A stretch of 64,000 nt of DNA, taken from NCBI RefSeq assembly GCF_036321535.1, contig NC_087436.1:50780001-50844000 (forward strand). The letters run 5' to 3'. Of this stretch, positions 13,946 through 27,234 are shown one piece after another (within the stretch, counting starts at the first letter, position 1; the number at the start of each line of letters is the position of its first letter). The translations under genes were made by a program, and so were the position numbers. The notes beneath the pieces were generated by a model, which ran no database searches, was not told the DNA's origin, and was given only the letters and a program-made list of their open reading frames with translations. The DNA comes from Camelus dromedarius. Its lineage: Eukaryota.

Positions 13946-15975
13946 GGGACTCTTTTTAATGTCAGAAATTTTACTGGATACTCCGTCCCCTCTCCATCAA
14001 AACACATAACGTAGTAGTTGTACATATGTTGAGTCTATATACTATACATAAGTAAGTAATATAATAAATATATTTATGTATTATATAATATATAGTAATG
14101 TCCAGGTTCCCTGCAATTACTGTTACTCAGGGATCTGTAACTCAAAGAAGGGAAACACTGTTAGAGGCAAAGGCAGTCTCAGGAAGTTAAAAGTATATTC
14201 AAAGGAACATGAGGGGCCCGGTATGATTAGAGATTTCACATATAAAGCAGAGATAAAATTCTGGTTTTTATTATCTACATAATAGGAAGCCACTGGAAAA
14301 CTTCTTTATTGAGATATCTTTTAATAAAAGCTATGTTTAACCTGATAGTGATATGCAAGACAGACAGAAGAGTAAAGACCCAGAAACCCACTAGGATATA
14401 CAGTAATGGACCAAATATGAGTTGGTGAGAGGCATCATAGTGTAATGAAACGAATGTTGACATTCGAATCACAGGACTTGTAATGACTCGTCCTGTCACC
14501 CTGGGCAAGTCATGTAACCTGTCTTACTCTGCTTCCTGTTTACATGCCAGTCACCTTGTAGGCCTTCAGCAGAATGATGAAATGTTAACGCCTGCTTAAC
14601 TCACAGAGTGGTCATACAAATATAATGATGACATATTTTTAAATGTATATTATGAAATGGAAGGTCTAAATGTGCATTTGAAGGCCTAAAGTAGAGACTG
14701 ATAAGAAAAGAGTGAAAGAAAAAAAATTACTCCAATATTGAATCTTGATGACTAGAAAATATATTCACCTAAATAGGTCAGTCAGAAGAGGGCCCAATTT
14801 TGGAAATTAGGACAAAGGGAGAAAAATAGTGATTTATTTAATGTTAATTGTAGAAATGTTCAGCAGATGGTTCTCTATTACATTTAATAGTTTCATATAT
14901 TAGGTATTTTTCATCTGATATCATTTCATTCAGTCTCCTTCATCAGATTTTAAGTTCCTAGAAAGAAGTTATCTCCTTTGGAATTAGTATTCCCTCCTCA
15001 TTTTTAACTTAAAAAAGTTTGTACCTATTGATTAAGTTGATAAAGTTTTACCTATTTTGTCCCATTTATTGGTAAAGGGATTATATAGAGCATTGACTGG
15101 TTTAAGGATTATTTGGTCCCTCCAACTTAATACCAAACTGTTATTCTTTATGTGCATCACTCTAAATAGTTGTCCCTACTAGGACCTTACTATAATCCAG
15201 GCAAACATTTCCTCTATTTGAATTTTATGAGAGACATAAAAAATGTCTTATTGAAAGCCGTATGCATATGTTTAGTTTTTTATATTTTAAATTTATATGC
15301 CTTTCATTTAGATCCTGAAATTTAAGATGGTTTCTGTTCCTTTTGAAATCTTTAGTTTCTCCTAGTACTTTTAAAAAATAAACTGTAATGGACCTCAACC
15401 ACAGCAGTCACTTCATCCTTTGTACTAAGAATCTGTCCTCTGCAGTGTGATTGTCTCTAGACTGCTATACTGTGTTACCAAGTCTGTAACTTTAAATTCC
15501 AGATAACATCCAGCATCTCTGCTGAATTTGGACTTCCTCTTGTATCACTGTTTACTCCTTTTCATTTTAGTCTAATTTCCCCTATTCCTACCTGAATTGA
15601 AACTTGGTTATATAGAGCTGTTTGCCTTTCTTATTTTTTTGCCCACTACGACTTTCTGTATTTAACATCCTTTCTAGCTCTACTCCCCCCCCAAAAAAAA
15701 TTTATGTATTTTAAAATTTGAGATCACAGAAATAATGTGTTAGCATCCTCCCTTATCCAGTAGTTAGGCTCTGGCATTCTCAACCTTAGGGAACTTGGAA
15801 GTAAGAAAAAACTGAGCAGCAAGAAAAACAGATGTTGTAAGCTTTATTCTGCAGCAAAAATATTGATGTTTTTGAGGAATTAAATGTTTCATAAAGGTGA
15901 ATTCTCCATGTGACTGAAGCTTCCATTATTCATCACAGACATTAAGTCAGTATAGTTTGAAGGGCTCTGTCTTTA

Positions 15976-16386
15976 CTGGTGTACTAACAACTAGGTCCTC
16001 CCTCACACCCACCTCCAAAAAAAAGCTCTGATTGTGATGTCTGCAAATTTCTCTGGGGTAAATACTCCCACTGTGACCCATTTCAAGCTACCACAAGACA
16101 TCACTGAACACAAGAGTTGGAAAGAGGGGTATACCATCAAATTATAATACTTCCACCATGTAGACACCATAGACATAACCATAAAAACATGGATAATAAA
16201 AAAATATTGTAAAATGACTAGAAAATTAGTTTTGAGTATTTATCTTTCAGTCTCATATATTGGATTTTACTGCCAGTTTATGTAATTTCTGATAATGGCT
16301 ATGTTTAACAGTCAGCCTGCAAAATACCTTAAAATTTTTAAATTGGTACTCAGAAGGCAGCGTAAGCCAGCTCTGGTGTACTACTG
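15976..16386 (-). mobile_element. MER63-like hAT-Blackjack element
   Basis: GTAAATACTCCCAC, ATTTCAAGCTACCA, terminal CCAGCTCTGGTGTACTACTG. Confidence 0.75.
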
Positions 16387-16644
16387 CGTACACTCTCAGT
16401 TTTAGACGTAACTTAGGGACTAACCAATATGGGTTGAGGTGGTTCTGCTAGCTAATAGTGAAAAACACACTTAATACTCAGATTTATATAGTCAGCCCTT
16501 AAATTCCACCGTCTCATAAAGTCATTCAAGCCTTTTTCATACTCCCCCATGCATATTTTATCTTGTTATGACTTTGTTACTTTTTAAAATCCTTTAAGGC
16601 TGCTAAACATGTTTAATCTGTGTTGCCTGTAAATAAATACTGAC

Positions 16645-17535
16645 AAAAGGGACCCAACAAGCAATGAGTGAAAAAATATAGACAGACATTTCTTCAAAGA
16701 AGGTATGTGGATGGCAAAGCAGTACATGGAAGCAGCACATGAAACGATGCTGAATATCATTAGTCACTAGGGAAATGCAAATTAAAATGACAACGAGATA
16801 CCACACATACCTATTAGAATGGCTAAGACTGCGAAGGCTAATCCTAACAAGTCATGAGGAACTGGAACACTCATACACAGCTGGCAGGAATGTAAAAAGG
16901 TATAGCCACCTGGGAGAAGAGTTTGGCAGTGTCTTAAAAGCTAAACATATGCCTGCTATATGATCCAGCCATTCCACTTCTGGCTATTTACTCAAGAGAA
17001 ATGAAAGCACGTGTCCACACAAACACTTGTACAAGAATGTTCACAGCAGCTGTATTTGTAATAGACAACAAGTGGAAACAATCCAAATGTCCACTGACAG
17101 GTGAATGGATAAAGACATTGTGGCATGTCCATCAATTGAACTACTACTCAGCAATTAAACAAAAATAATGAATTATTGAGAGACACAACATAGATAAATC
17201 TCAAGACAATAATGCTGAGTGAAAAAAAGCCAGACAAGAAAATAGGACATACTATATGATTCTATTTAAACAAAATTCTAGAAAATACAAACTAATCTAT
17301 AGTGGCAGAAAACAGATGAGTGGTTTCCTGTGGATAAGGGGAGACGGGGATAGGAAGAACAAGAGGAAGAGTATACAAAGGAGCACAAAGACACTTGTGG
17401 AGATGGATTCGTTCATTATCTTGATTTTGGTGACAGTTTCACGGGTGTATACATATGTCAGCTCATCAAATTGTGAATTTTATGCACAATTTACTGTATG
17501 TCAATTATATTTCAAGAAAGCTGTTGAAAAAACAT
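16645..17535 (+). mobile_element. L1MB/MC 3' end
   Basis: GGGAAATGCAAATTAAAATGACAACGAGATACCAC, CAATCCAAATGTCCACTGACAGGTGAATGGATAAA, A-rich end. Confidence 0.88.
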
Positions 17536-19177
17536 AAATCTATTGTGGTATGACCAGTAGAGATGAGGAAGTGGCAACTGCCTTGCTCTGGACAACTCAT
17601 TCCCATCTTTCAGGGTACAACTGTATAGGTTCTTTGGGCAGCTGTAAGCACATTGCTGGCTTGTACTGAGATGTTGGCCAGTTGAAATTCTGTTGTCTCT
17701 ATCACATGCCTGTCGTGAGGCCAGATTCTCTGAGTGCCTATCTTCATTTATCCCTAATATATTTCACATTATTTGTTTTACATGTGATTATTATTCTTAT
17801 AATGAGGCTTCAGTATTAATATTCTTTAGACCTTTGGTTTTTCAAACTGTGTTTAATAAACACTGGAGATACCCAAAGAACCATCTGAGGTATCCTGAGT
17901 AGAAGTGGGGATTGGAGATCGAAGGAGAGGAGAGCAATAAAGAATCTGAGTGGGCAAGGCTTCAGCTTCCAACCCAAGCAGCTTCTTAGTTTTACAGACT
18001 TAAGGACTCCTGGGGAAAAAAGTATGAAAATCATGTAAATTTTATCCACAAGCTAAGTCAGAGCTTGATGCATAGTAGGTGTTCAATAAATATCTCCTAG
18101 TGAATCTGGATTAAATGTAAAATGCCTCTCATTTCTTTCTACACTCCCTCTCTTTCTCATTTGGCATATAAATTTCTGTTCTGTCATTTCAGTTTCTTGA
18201 GACGTGAACTTCATTTCTGAGAAGAGCTGTTCATTTCACACACACAAAAAGTACCAATATAATATACTGAACTATATACCATTGTTTAAAAGCACTGATT
18301 TTTTATGCACATAGTCACACATCGATTAGGAATGCAAGCCTCTATTAACAAATCCAGTGGGTATTAAACACACACGTGAGAGTTCTAAAAGCTGAGGGAA
18401 AACAATTATACAACCATATGGAAAATTGCCCCTACAAATTCACGATCTATCTTAGGCCCTTAGTAAGGCTTTTTTTTCTTTTCTTTCATTAGTTCTTCAG
18501 TTTCCATCTTTAGTGATTCCACTGTTACCTCCTTTTCACATGCCCAACTCATTGTCATCGCACTGCCCTCCTTCCTATTTTACCAGGTTGAGAACACTGA
18601 ATATTAATGGTCAACCTCCTGCCTCCTCCCACCTAAAATTTATCTTCATTTTTTACCCATTCTAATTTTCTTCCCTCTAGTCCCCTATAGGTTTACCAAC
18701 CTTGTACAGAATCAAATACTTTCTGACCAACAGCCACATCTTGTGAAGGAACTGGTTCCACCCATTAATCCCTCTCCTGTGTATCTCATCACCCTCATGA
18801 CTCTTGCTTGACCATAAACATCCTCAAATCTCTCATTCTAAAAAAAATCCTCCTTTGATCCTAAGTTCTCTAAGCTAATACTCTATCTTCCAGTTTTTTA
18901 AATCATAGCCAAGCTCTCCATTTTTTTCTCTTTCGATTCACTCCCCAACCTACTTTAACTGTGTCAACACCACTTCACTCAGTGACAGATGACTCAGTGA
19001 CAAAATTTAGTTCACAAATTTCTAATCCCTAGTATATTTGAACTTTCTATACCATTTGACACTGGATATTTTGAGTATGTGGTCAAATATTTTTTCAGAT
19101 GAATAAAGTGGGAATCAATGGAGGAAAGGGAAGAAGTTACTCCCCAATTCACGAGTACCCAATGAATTATAAATAGC

Positions 19178-19684
19178 TGTAGTCCCCAGAATAATGTCCT
19201 CCCCTTCTCCCTGCTGCCACCAAAGATGTCCACACCTAGTCCGTGGAACCTGTGAATATGTTATGTTACACAGCAAGGAGGAATTAAATTTGTAGATGGA
19301 GTTCAGGTTGCTAATCATTTGGCCTTCAAGTGGGCAGATTATCCCTGTGGGCCCAATATAATCACAAAGGTCGTTACATAAGTGAGAGGAGGCAGATGAG
19401 TGTGACAGAGTGCTATGATGTGACAAAGACTCAACCAGCCATTGCTGGCTTTGAAGATGGAAGAGGGTCATAAGCCAAGGAATGCTGGTGGCCTCTGGAA
19501 GCTGGAAAGGGCAAGAAAACAGATTCTGCCCTAGAACTTCCAGAAAGGAGTGAACCTGGCTTATACCTTGATTTTAGACCAGTGAGATACATTTCAGAAT
19601 TCTGACCTCCAAATCTGTAAGGTAACTGTGTTGTTTTAAACCACTAAGTTTGTACTGATTTGTTACATCAAAGAAATTATTACA
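19178..19684 (+). mobile_element. MLT1D-like MaLR solo LTR
   Basis: TG...CA ends; AAAGATGTCCAC, GAATATGTTATGTTACA, AGCCAAGGAATGC, GGAAAGGGCAAGAAAACAGATTCT. Confidence 0.85.
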
Positions 19685-22600
19685 ATAATCATTTCTCATT
19701 TTCCGTTAAATAGAGTTGAATCTTGTGACTTTTTCTCTTGGGTCTAGTTTGCTGAGTAGGGGTTTGGGGTGGTGGTAGAAAGGAAACCAGGATCAAGTGA
19801 GAGTTCGTTACCTTCTTCTCACTTTAGCCACTCTCTTGCTGACCTTCATGCCGTCAGCAACTTGCTTATAATCATCTGTAAATACTAAAGTCTTATTATT
19901 AGAAATAAAAACCCTTATGAAAGCTTAACAGGATACATATTTACTTTAGGGACAAAAATATAGGAAAGAAAAAAACCCTGTGAGATTATACTTTCAATAG
20001 GGAACAGGATAGATAGGAAGAAAGTTTGAGGTTCCTGTAAGAAAGCAATTGATACTGGCGGTGGAGAGGAATGTGAGTGAACCAATCTGGTGGTGAAAAA
20101 GAAAAGGGGATCCCAGAGCCAACTCAACCATAAGTGACACCCGAGGTTAAATGTACAGATTCCTTGGCCACATATCTCCAACTTCCTGAAAATTTCATCC
20201 AACCACTAAATATGATTTTTACCCTCAGTCCAATTCTTCCTGTTCTGTTTGAGTATCTGTCCTAAGCCACTGGAAGTAACTAACTCCTGCTGCTTGAAGC
20301 AAGGAGAATTTCTGCTAACTAAACAGAAAGGTAGGAGGCTTCATTCTGATGGGCAGAGGATAGATCATTCTTGCGATACCAATCCGAAACTCTATGGAGC
20401 ATTTTCTCATAAGAACATAGCACATATAAAGGCTGGATTTAGAGAACAGTCCTTTGTGGACTGACCTGGAGACATTAACTACTTGTCTGTAAGAAATTAT
20501 GGTCTGAATTCCACAACAGGAATGAACTTTAAAATGCATCTAAGCCCTTTCTTTCTTCCTTTACCTTCACTTTAGAATCTAGTTTATTAGTTTATCGGTC
20601 CTACCTGCCTAGCATTTCTTGACTCTAGAGAGTCACAAGGTCAGACTCAACAAATTCAACTGTAGGTATGTTACAAACGGGCTTTTATAACCTCTATATC
20701 AGTGTATTTCAAACTAGAATCTTTGATTCTTTATCAGATATTTTTCCTCATGTTGTGATTTATTTCATTAATCTATAATAATTAATATAAATATAGTCTA
20801 GCTCACCTTGGTTCCCACTTACAGCTAAGCATTGACACATGATTCCTGAGCCTGCGTTGCATTTAGGTTATGATCCTGTCGGAACCATGTAATAGTACTT
20901 TGTCTTAGGCAAATGAGCACAGAATAGATAACAATTTGCAGTGAAAGAAAGAACAAAGGTCTCCTAAAGGTTCTAGCAGAGAAAACTGGTCGTTCTATAG
21001 GGAATACAGCAGTTAGTATAGACATGCCAAATTTAAAAGAAACTAAAACTGTAGCAGTCAGCTCTACAACTGTTTCAAGAGGCAACTGAATTTGTAAACA
21101 AATAAAAATCAAGTAGCATATGGATACTAATTTTACTAGTTTACATTTTTCCACATTTAATACATGAACTTTAGTTTCATAGTTCTTTCAGAGTTAAGAG
21201 CATAAGGAGTTCATACCAAGTATTATGTTTATTTTTGTTACAATGTTACCATAATTCAGTCATGTTTTACATGTATATGTGTGTGTATATATACATATGA
21301 TTTTATTGTTATATTCTAATAAGAAATAACTAGAGGGGCGCCTCAAAAATTTTTTATCTTAAGGTCAGTTCGACCCAGTAAATACACAAAATTTACCTCC
21401 TGTACTATGGGTGCAATTACTGCGACTATTTTAGGTCTTCCTTACAATCACAACTCATTCAGATTATTTCAGTAGCATCCCAAGTGGTCTCTTTACCTCT
21501 AATCTCCATCCTAACACATACTTTCATTACATCGTCCACATTGCTATCATAGTTATCTTTTTGTGATTAAAATCTGATCGAGACTTTTTATGCTAAATTC
21601 AATTCCCTTATCTCATACCCTTCAGAATAAAATCTGAACTTAACATGGCATGTTAAGGCCCTCAAGATATCCAGCTTTTTCTTTCAATGTTTTGTCTCTT
21701 AATATCTTCTCTCATTCATTCCCCACCACCCCTGCACACACACACACACACACACACTACTGCAGTCAAAGTACTTTCCAAAGAACCTTAAAAACTTACT
21801 TTGCAAAGTAAGTTCAAGTTCTCTGAGATTGCATATTGTTCCCTCTGCCTAGGAGCATTCCTACCTTTTCTTTTTCCTGGTATGCCTCCTTTTTCATTTG
21901 CTTAGACATAACTCCCTTCTGTAGAGAAACTCTCTAACCACCTCTAGATGACTTGAGTACATTAATATTACCCTGTGCATGCATTTATGTCATTGAACAC
22001 ACTCTACGGTGATTGTCTGATCCTCAGTGGTCTCCGTAGGTAAAAAAATTTTCCTAAAGGTAGCATCTGGCTTTCATCTATGTATCTTCAGCATCTAGCT
22101 CAGTGCCTAGCACATAATAGACATCCAATATTAAAAAAAAAAAAAAAAAGAAAAAAAAAGAAGATGGAAGTGATTCTATCAACAGAGCTCTATTACATTA
22201 ACCTTCAGCCTAAACCTGAAGACCATACTTAGCCAAGTCAGACCTAAGTATCATTGACTGTCACACTGGGTAAGTCTCTTGGTCTTACCCTAACTTACAT
22301 CAAAAGCAGTCACATATTATAAACCCACATTTTAAAAAACTGTTTGTAAACAAGGAAGTTTTTTGGAAGGCAGAATGCATTATATATGAAGTATTAACAG
22401 TAACTAGATTTTAAGCTAGCAAGTACAAAACAGGCAATTAAGTTATGAAAACTGAACCAGCATAATGGTGGTAGCCTGAATTCTGTTCTCTAAGGTAGGA
22501 GACCTTGTAGTGCTTGAATAAAGAAGAAGAAAAAAAAAGGTTTCTTCTTCAGTTCCACTTCGCCCAAGGACAGTTTACCTTTGACATTTTCCTTCCCACT

Positions 22601-23501
22601 TGTTTCTGCACCTAGTCTCCAATGTCCTTACCTTGCTTGTTGTCCCGAATTATAGCCCTATCCAAGCCAGGGGCAGGCATTTAGCCCTACCCTTAAAGTG
22701 GTCCAGAGTAATCATCCTCTTCTCTCCATCAGTGCAGAATAGAAAGAAAGAAAACAAGGAAAAGCTAAATTCACACAAGTCTGTGAATATCTAATCATAT
22801 CTTAATCTTTTTGTTTAAATTGTTGGAGAATTGAATTTCAAGCATTGTAGCACCCAGGGTTCTTTTTTGTATAGGTCTTTTGGTAAGATGGGGAATCTGT
22901 ATCATATCGTTCTTATTAGGTATATATGATAAAGTCCATTCACATCACTTAGTCATTAACTTTGAGATTTACTATGCTTTAATGATGGGATCTCTGCAAC
23001 AGTTGAACACTTCTTCGACACCAAACAAGCCAAATTCTTCAAGATTTTTTTAGATGTAGGGGAGTGTTTCTTAGTAAGTTTCATTGTTTCTTATTGTGCC
23101 ATATGTTAAATCACTGCTTCCTTGCAATGAAAAAATCAACAAGTACTAGATAGTATGTATTAAAAACTAAAAGCCTCACATAAATGTTTCCATTAAGCCA
23201 CTCAGACACTATATAGATCTGACCCTTTAAAACCACTATGTTCAACATTTGGATAATTAATCCTAATTTAAATTCTTTAAAAGCAGAATTTAAAATTTAT
23301 CAGCACTATCTTACTACAGAATTCTCACATATATTTAAAACAATCAAATTCAATATGGGTACAACAACGGTCATTTCTGGTCTCAATCTCTGTTTACTTT
23401 AGATTTTTTAGAATATTATTGAAACAAAGATTATAATTATTGTTGGGAAGTAATTTTAATTTGAATTCCTTATTTTTACTTAAGTACTTTTAAAGTTAAT
23501 T

Positions 23502-23889
23502 TGTATATCAGAACCCAAAAATTGGAAGCCACTCCAGTGGCCCAGCCCAAGCCACAAACCTAAATCTAAGTCAGCCTGCACTTATATGAAACACTTGTCA
23601 AAGAAACCTAACATATAGCAATCACGATCCTGCAGTTCAGCTTAGCTAGCTCACCTGACCCTAGAAAACAGGACTTGCTGGCCTTATAAGGAAATCCCCA
23701 ACCTCCTGGGCAGTCATGCCGTTAAGGCAATACAGCTTCTAACACTGTATAAAACTCACTCTTGACCAAAATCCCTCAGGAAGGGAAAGAGTGTTGCAGT
23801 GCTTATGAGACACTGTAGAAACATCCATAGATTGTTTTCCCTTGAATAAAGAACATCAAACTCATTACTGAGTTGTTTTAGTTTTGTCA
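23502..23889 (+). mobile_element. Solo LTR, ERV1-type
   Basis: TG...CA termini flanked by 4-bp AATT TSD (23498-23501, 23890-23893); TATAAAA and AATAAA in U3-R order. Confidence 0.75.
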
Positions 23890-24354
23890 AATTCTTTATC
23901 TAGATAATCTACCCCCAATTTTCAAACTACCTGATTTTATTTGAAATTGTAAAGAAATGTTTCTATATTTACAGTATATCAAAATCAGATGTATTCTATT
24001 TCTGGTCATAATTATGAACTTTAATTTTCAATAAAATACAATGCTATTTAAAATTAATTTTAATTACTATGTTTCATAAAGCAAGTAATATTGATGAAAA
24101 TGCCTCCAAATTTAAGACTAATTGACAGCAAATGCTTGTTATTATATTAAAACTGAATCTAAATTACATTGTTTGTACTGAAGGAAAAATCTCCTGCTGG
24201 CTGTAAATATTTTACATTTTACAAAGATGCTGTATCTCATGAGGATGCCATATCTCATTTATCATCAGAGACCTGAAAAGTACTATGAGATATTGAAAAT
24301 ATTTGGTAATAAGCTTTCAGGCTGATTTCACATTTTGGTTCTAATTCATTATTT

Positions 24355-24815
24355 TAAAAAAACTACATTAAGGTAATTCACATACCATAAAATTCACTCT
24401 TTTAAAGTGTATAGTTCAGTGGGTTTTAGTATATTCACAGAGTTGTGTAACCATCACCATTATCTCACTTTAGAACGTTTTATCACCCTCCCCCCCAAAA
24501 ACACCCATACTCATTAGCAGTCATTCCCCTTCCCCCTCCTCCTAATTTCTGACAACCAAGTAATCTACTAGTCATTTCATATGAATGGAATTATACATGG
24601 CCTTTAAGTGCCTGGCTTTTTTCATCTAGATACATGTTGTAGCAGGATCAGTATTTTGGTTTTGCTTATTAACTAGTACTATTCCATCATATGGATACAC
24701 CACATTTTATTTATCCATTATCACCTGATGGACATTTGGGTTGTTTCCACTTTTGACTATTATGAATACTACTACTCTGAACATTCATGCATACAATTTT
24801 TCTGTGGAAAATGCT
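24355..24815 (-). mobile_element. L1MB-like 3' end
   Basis: TAATTCACATACCATAAAATTCACTCTTTTAAAGTGTA, GATGGACATTTGGGTTGTTTCCAC. Confidence 0.85.
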
Positions 24816-26433
24816 CAAATTTATTTTTAGCTTCAACATTTTTGCAAGATTCATTATGTGCCAAAACCCATCTTAATTTAAGGTCAAAATGATGCTCTTA
24901 GCATGAAATAAAGTACCATTTCCTAATTTGTACCTTTATTAATTTCTGAATGTAAAATGTTGCTGCAGTATATAAAACCATAATTTTTTTTAGCACATTG
25001 CACACTGCAATATAAAAAAAGATTATTTTCCTTTCTTTTTTCAGATGGAGACATTTCTATCATATAATTCAAATAGGTAAAATGAATGAAAGTCAGCTTT
25101 AACTTTATTTGCAACTAAAATGCATTCCTTATAATACTAGATACGTGAATAGCGTTTTAAAGTTTGAGCTAACCCTAAACTGCCTCCTAAAACATCAAAA
25201 TACTTCTAGACCATGGTCCTTTTAATTTTAACCTTAGCAAAACTGAGTAGAAATGTAAGTTTGCTAGTGTAAATACAAACAAAGCAGAAAGCGTAATCAA
25301 CCAATAAATTCACTTCAGTGCCAAAAAAAGGAATTTGGAATTACATAATCACTTCCCTTCATTAAACATGAATAATCTAGAACTTCATGTATCAGGATTT
25401 ATTTAAACACAGTCATTTCCTCCATAATCCTGATAATGGTAAATATAAAAATATAGCAGCACCATTACAAAACAAAGATTTAATTTCATTTATGAAAGTA
25501 TGTTTGTAGGGTAGAGAAAGGTATGAGTGGATTTCTTCATCTTCTAAGCAAAACTCTATTACAACAACAATTTCTGTAAAAGAAACCATTTTCCAGCCCC
25601 AACTGGTAGCCCACTTATTTTAAAGGTGGCATTGGATATAAACAATACCACAGCAAAGGAAGAATTTAGAAAATTCCTTTCAGACAGTGGGTGGAAATAT
25701 TTTGAGGCAGCGAATATTTATTTGTTACACTAGTGGGCAAATTAATGTTGGCTAATAGTCAAAGGGTAAAAAAATAATCAAACACCTTAGTAGTTACAAG
25801 TGAAAACACCTTAGTAGTTAAGAGTGAGAGCTTTTCAACTACATTTCAATTTAAAAAGAATGAGATCGTTGAGGTCAGACTGCCTAGGGTAAAATCCTGG
25901 CTGTACTACTTAGTAACTGTATGACCTTGAATGTTTCATCTGTATAATGGGGATCTGATGATATAAAGAATTAAAGGGCCCAGCACATAGTACTTCAAAT
26001 AATAATTATTAACACTTGTTATCAAGAATTTTAAATATACAGTATTTTTATTTCTTTCATCTTTAGTTATTATTTTCACTGCAATTCTTCTACATCTTAT
26101 TTGTAAAGACATGTAATAAGAGTGATACAGTAAAACCTAAGTTATCCAGAATGCTTGCGAAATGAATCATTCTGGATAGGTAAATTTTCCATAGGGTACT
26201 ACCTTTATAGGTATCCAAAAAAAAAAAAAAAAAAAATCCAAGAAATCAACAAATGGGGTAAATTTATTTCTTAAATCTATTACACATTTCCATGCCTTCT
26301 TTACAAGAGTATACTGGTGGTAAACGTCTTCTTAATAAATCACTGTTATTATGAGTATCAATTATGTTTCTGTGTTAAAATTTCACAATCCCTTCAGAGC
26401 TTACCAACAGGAATAGGTCTACCTGATTCCACC

Positions 26434-26902
26434 CAAGATTTTTTAACATTAAGTCCATGGATAGAATTCAGGGTGTGTGTGAACTTTAATGGGAAAAAAA
26501 AATTACATCTTTATTTTTACTGATCTCTAACGGAAAATTAGCATTTCCTTCAATTATGAATGTAAAGCCACAAAGAGCTACACCTATGTCTGTATCTCCA
26601 ATAGGAATCACAGATCTCTATATCACATTACAACTGTTGCAAACTCTGGAAATTTTACATTCATCATTATTTCAAAAATTTCGTCTTTATTAGACCCACC
26701 ACTAGATTTTACTGTGTTAATAAAGCTCATATATTCCTATATTAAAATTTTGTTTTTAGTATTTTGAGACTCTATTTCAAAGTTTTTTCCTTTGCAATGC
26801 TATGCATTTTATTGTATACGTTTAAAACACTATCCTGAGAAGAGTCCATGGTTTAATCAGACTGCTAACACGGTTTGTGGTACAAAAAAATAAAGAACTC
26901 TG
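26434..26902 (+). mobile_element. Charlie4a-like hAT element
   Basis: GTCCATGGATAGAATTCAGGG, AAATTACATCTTTATTTTTACT, terminal AAAAAAATAAAGAACTCTG. Confidence 0.8.
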
Positions 26903-27234
26903 ACCTCAAATTTGTCCCAGTCTGCTGTGCTCATTAATTCAAAGCATTAACATGGTCCATTATACTTTCATGCTGAAGCTTGTTTATATTAGGGTAGTAC
27001 AAATTAGCTTCTCTGGGATTTTTCTCTGTGGACCTTCTGGATATTGTAAGTTCCCTTTGAACTGTTTTGTACCATTCTTGTACCTTGGCTCCTGAAAGAG
27101 GAAAACAAATAGAGCGAGAAATAAGTCAAATAAAATTAGATTCAGATAGCATTCAAAGTAGAAATATAAAACATCCTACTTTCCTATTTTCTAAACTAAA
27201 AGACAATAAATACTTCATTCAATAAATACTCTGA

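Noticed and set aside
1..15000. Exons of the expected neighbours CISD2 (upstream) or MANBA (downstream)
   Set aside because: No recognisable coding exons or second CpG island here or at the far end of the window; they probably lie outside it.
20825..21154. GPCR TM3/TM4 resemblance (SILTAVFPIER) in the 109-aa ORF
   Set aside because: Similarity is superficial, the neighbouring blocks do not supply the other helices, and the ORF's N-terminus is intronic. Kept only as an unidentified fossil exon.
24060..24272. Additional fossil exon after acceptor TTTTCAG at 24272 (minus strand)
   Set aside because: No clear donor, several stops and ambiguous phase, so it was left out of the exon model.
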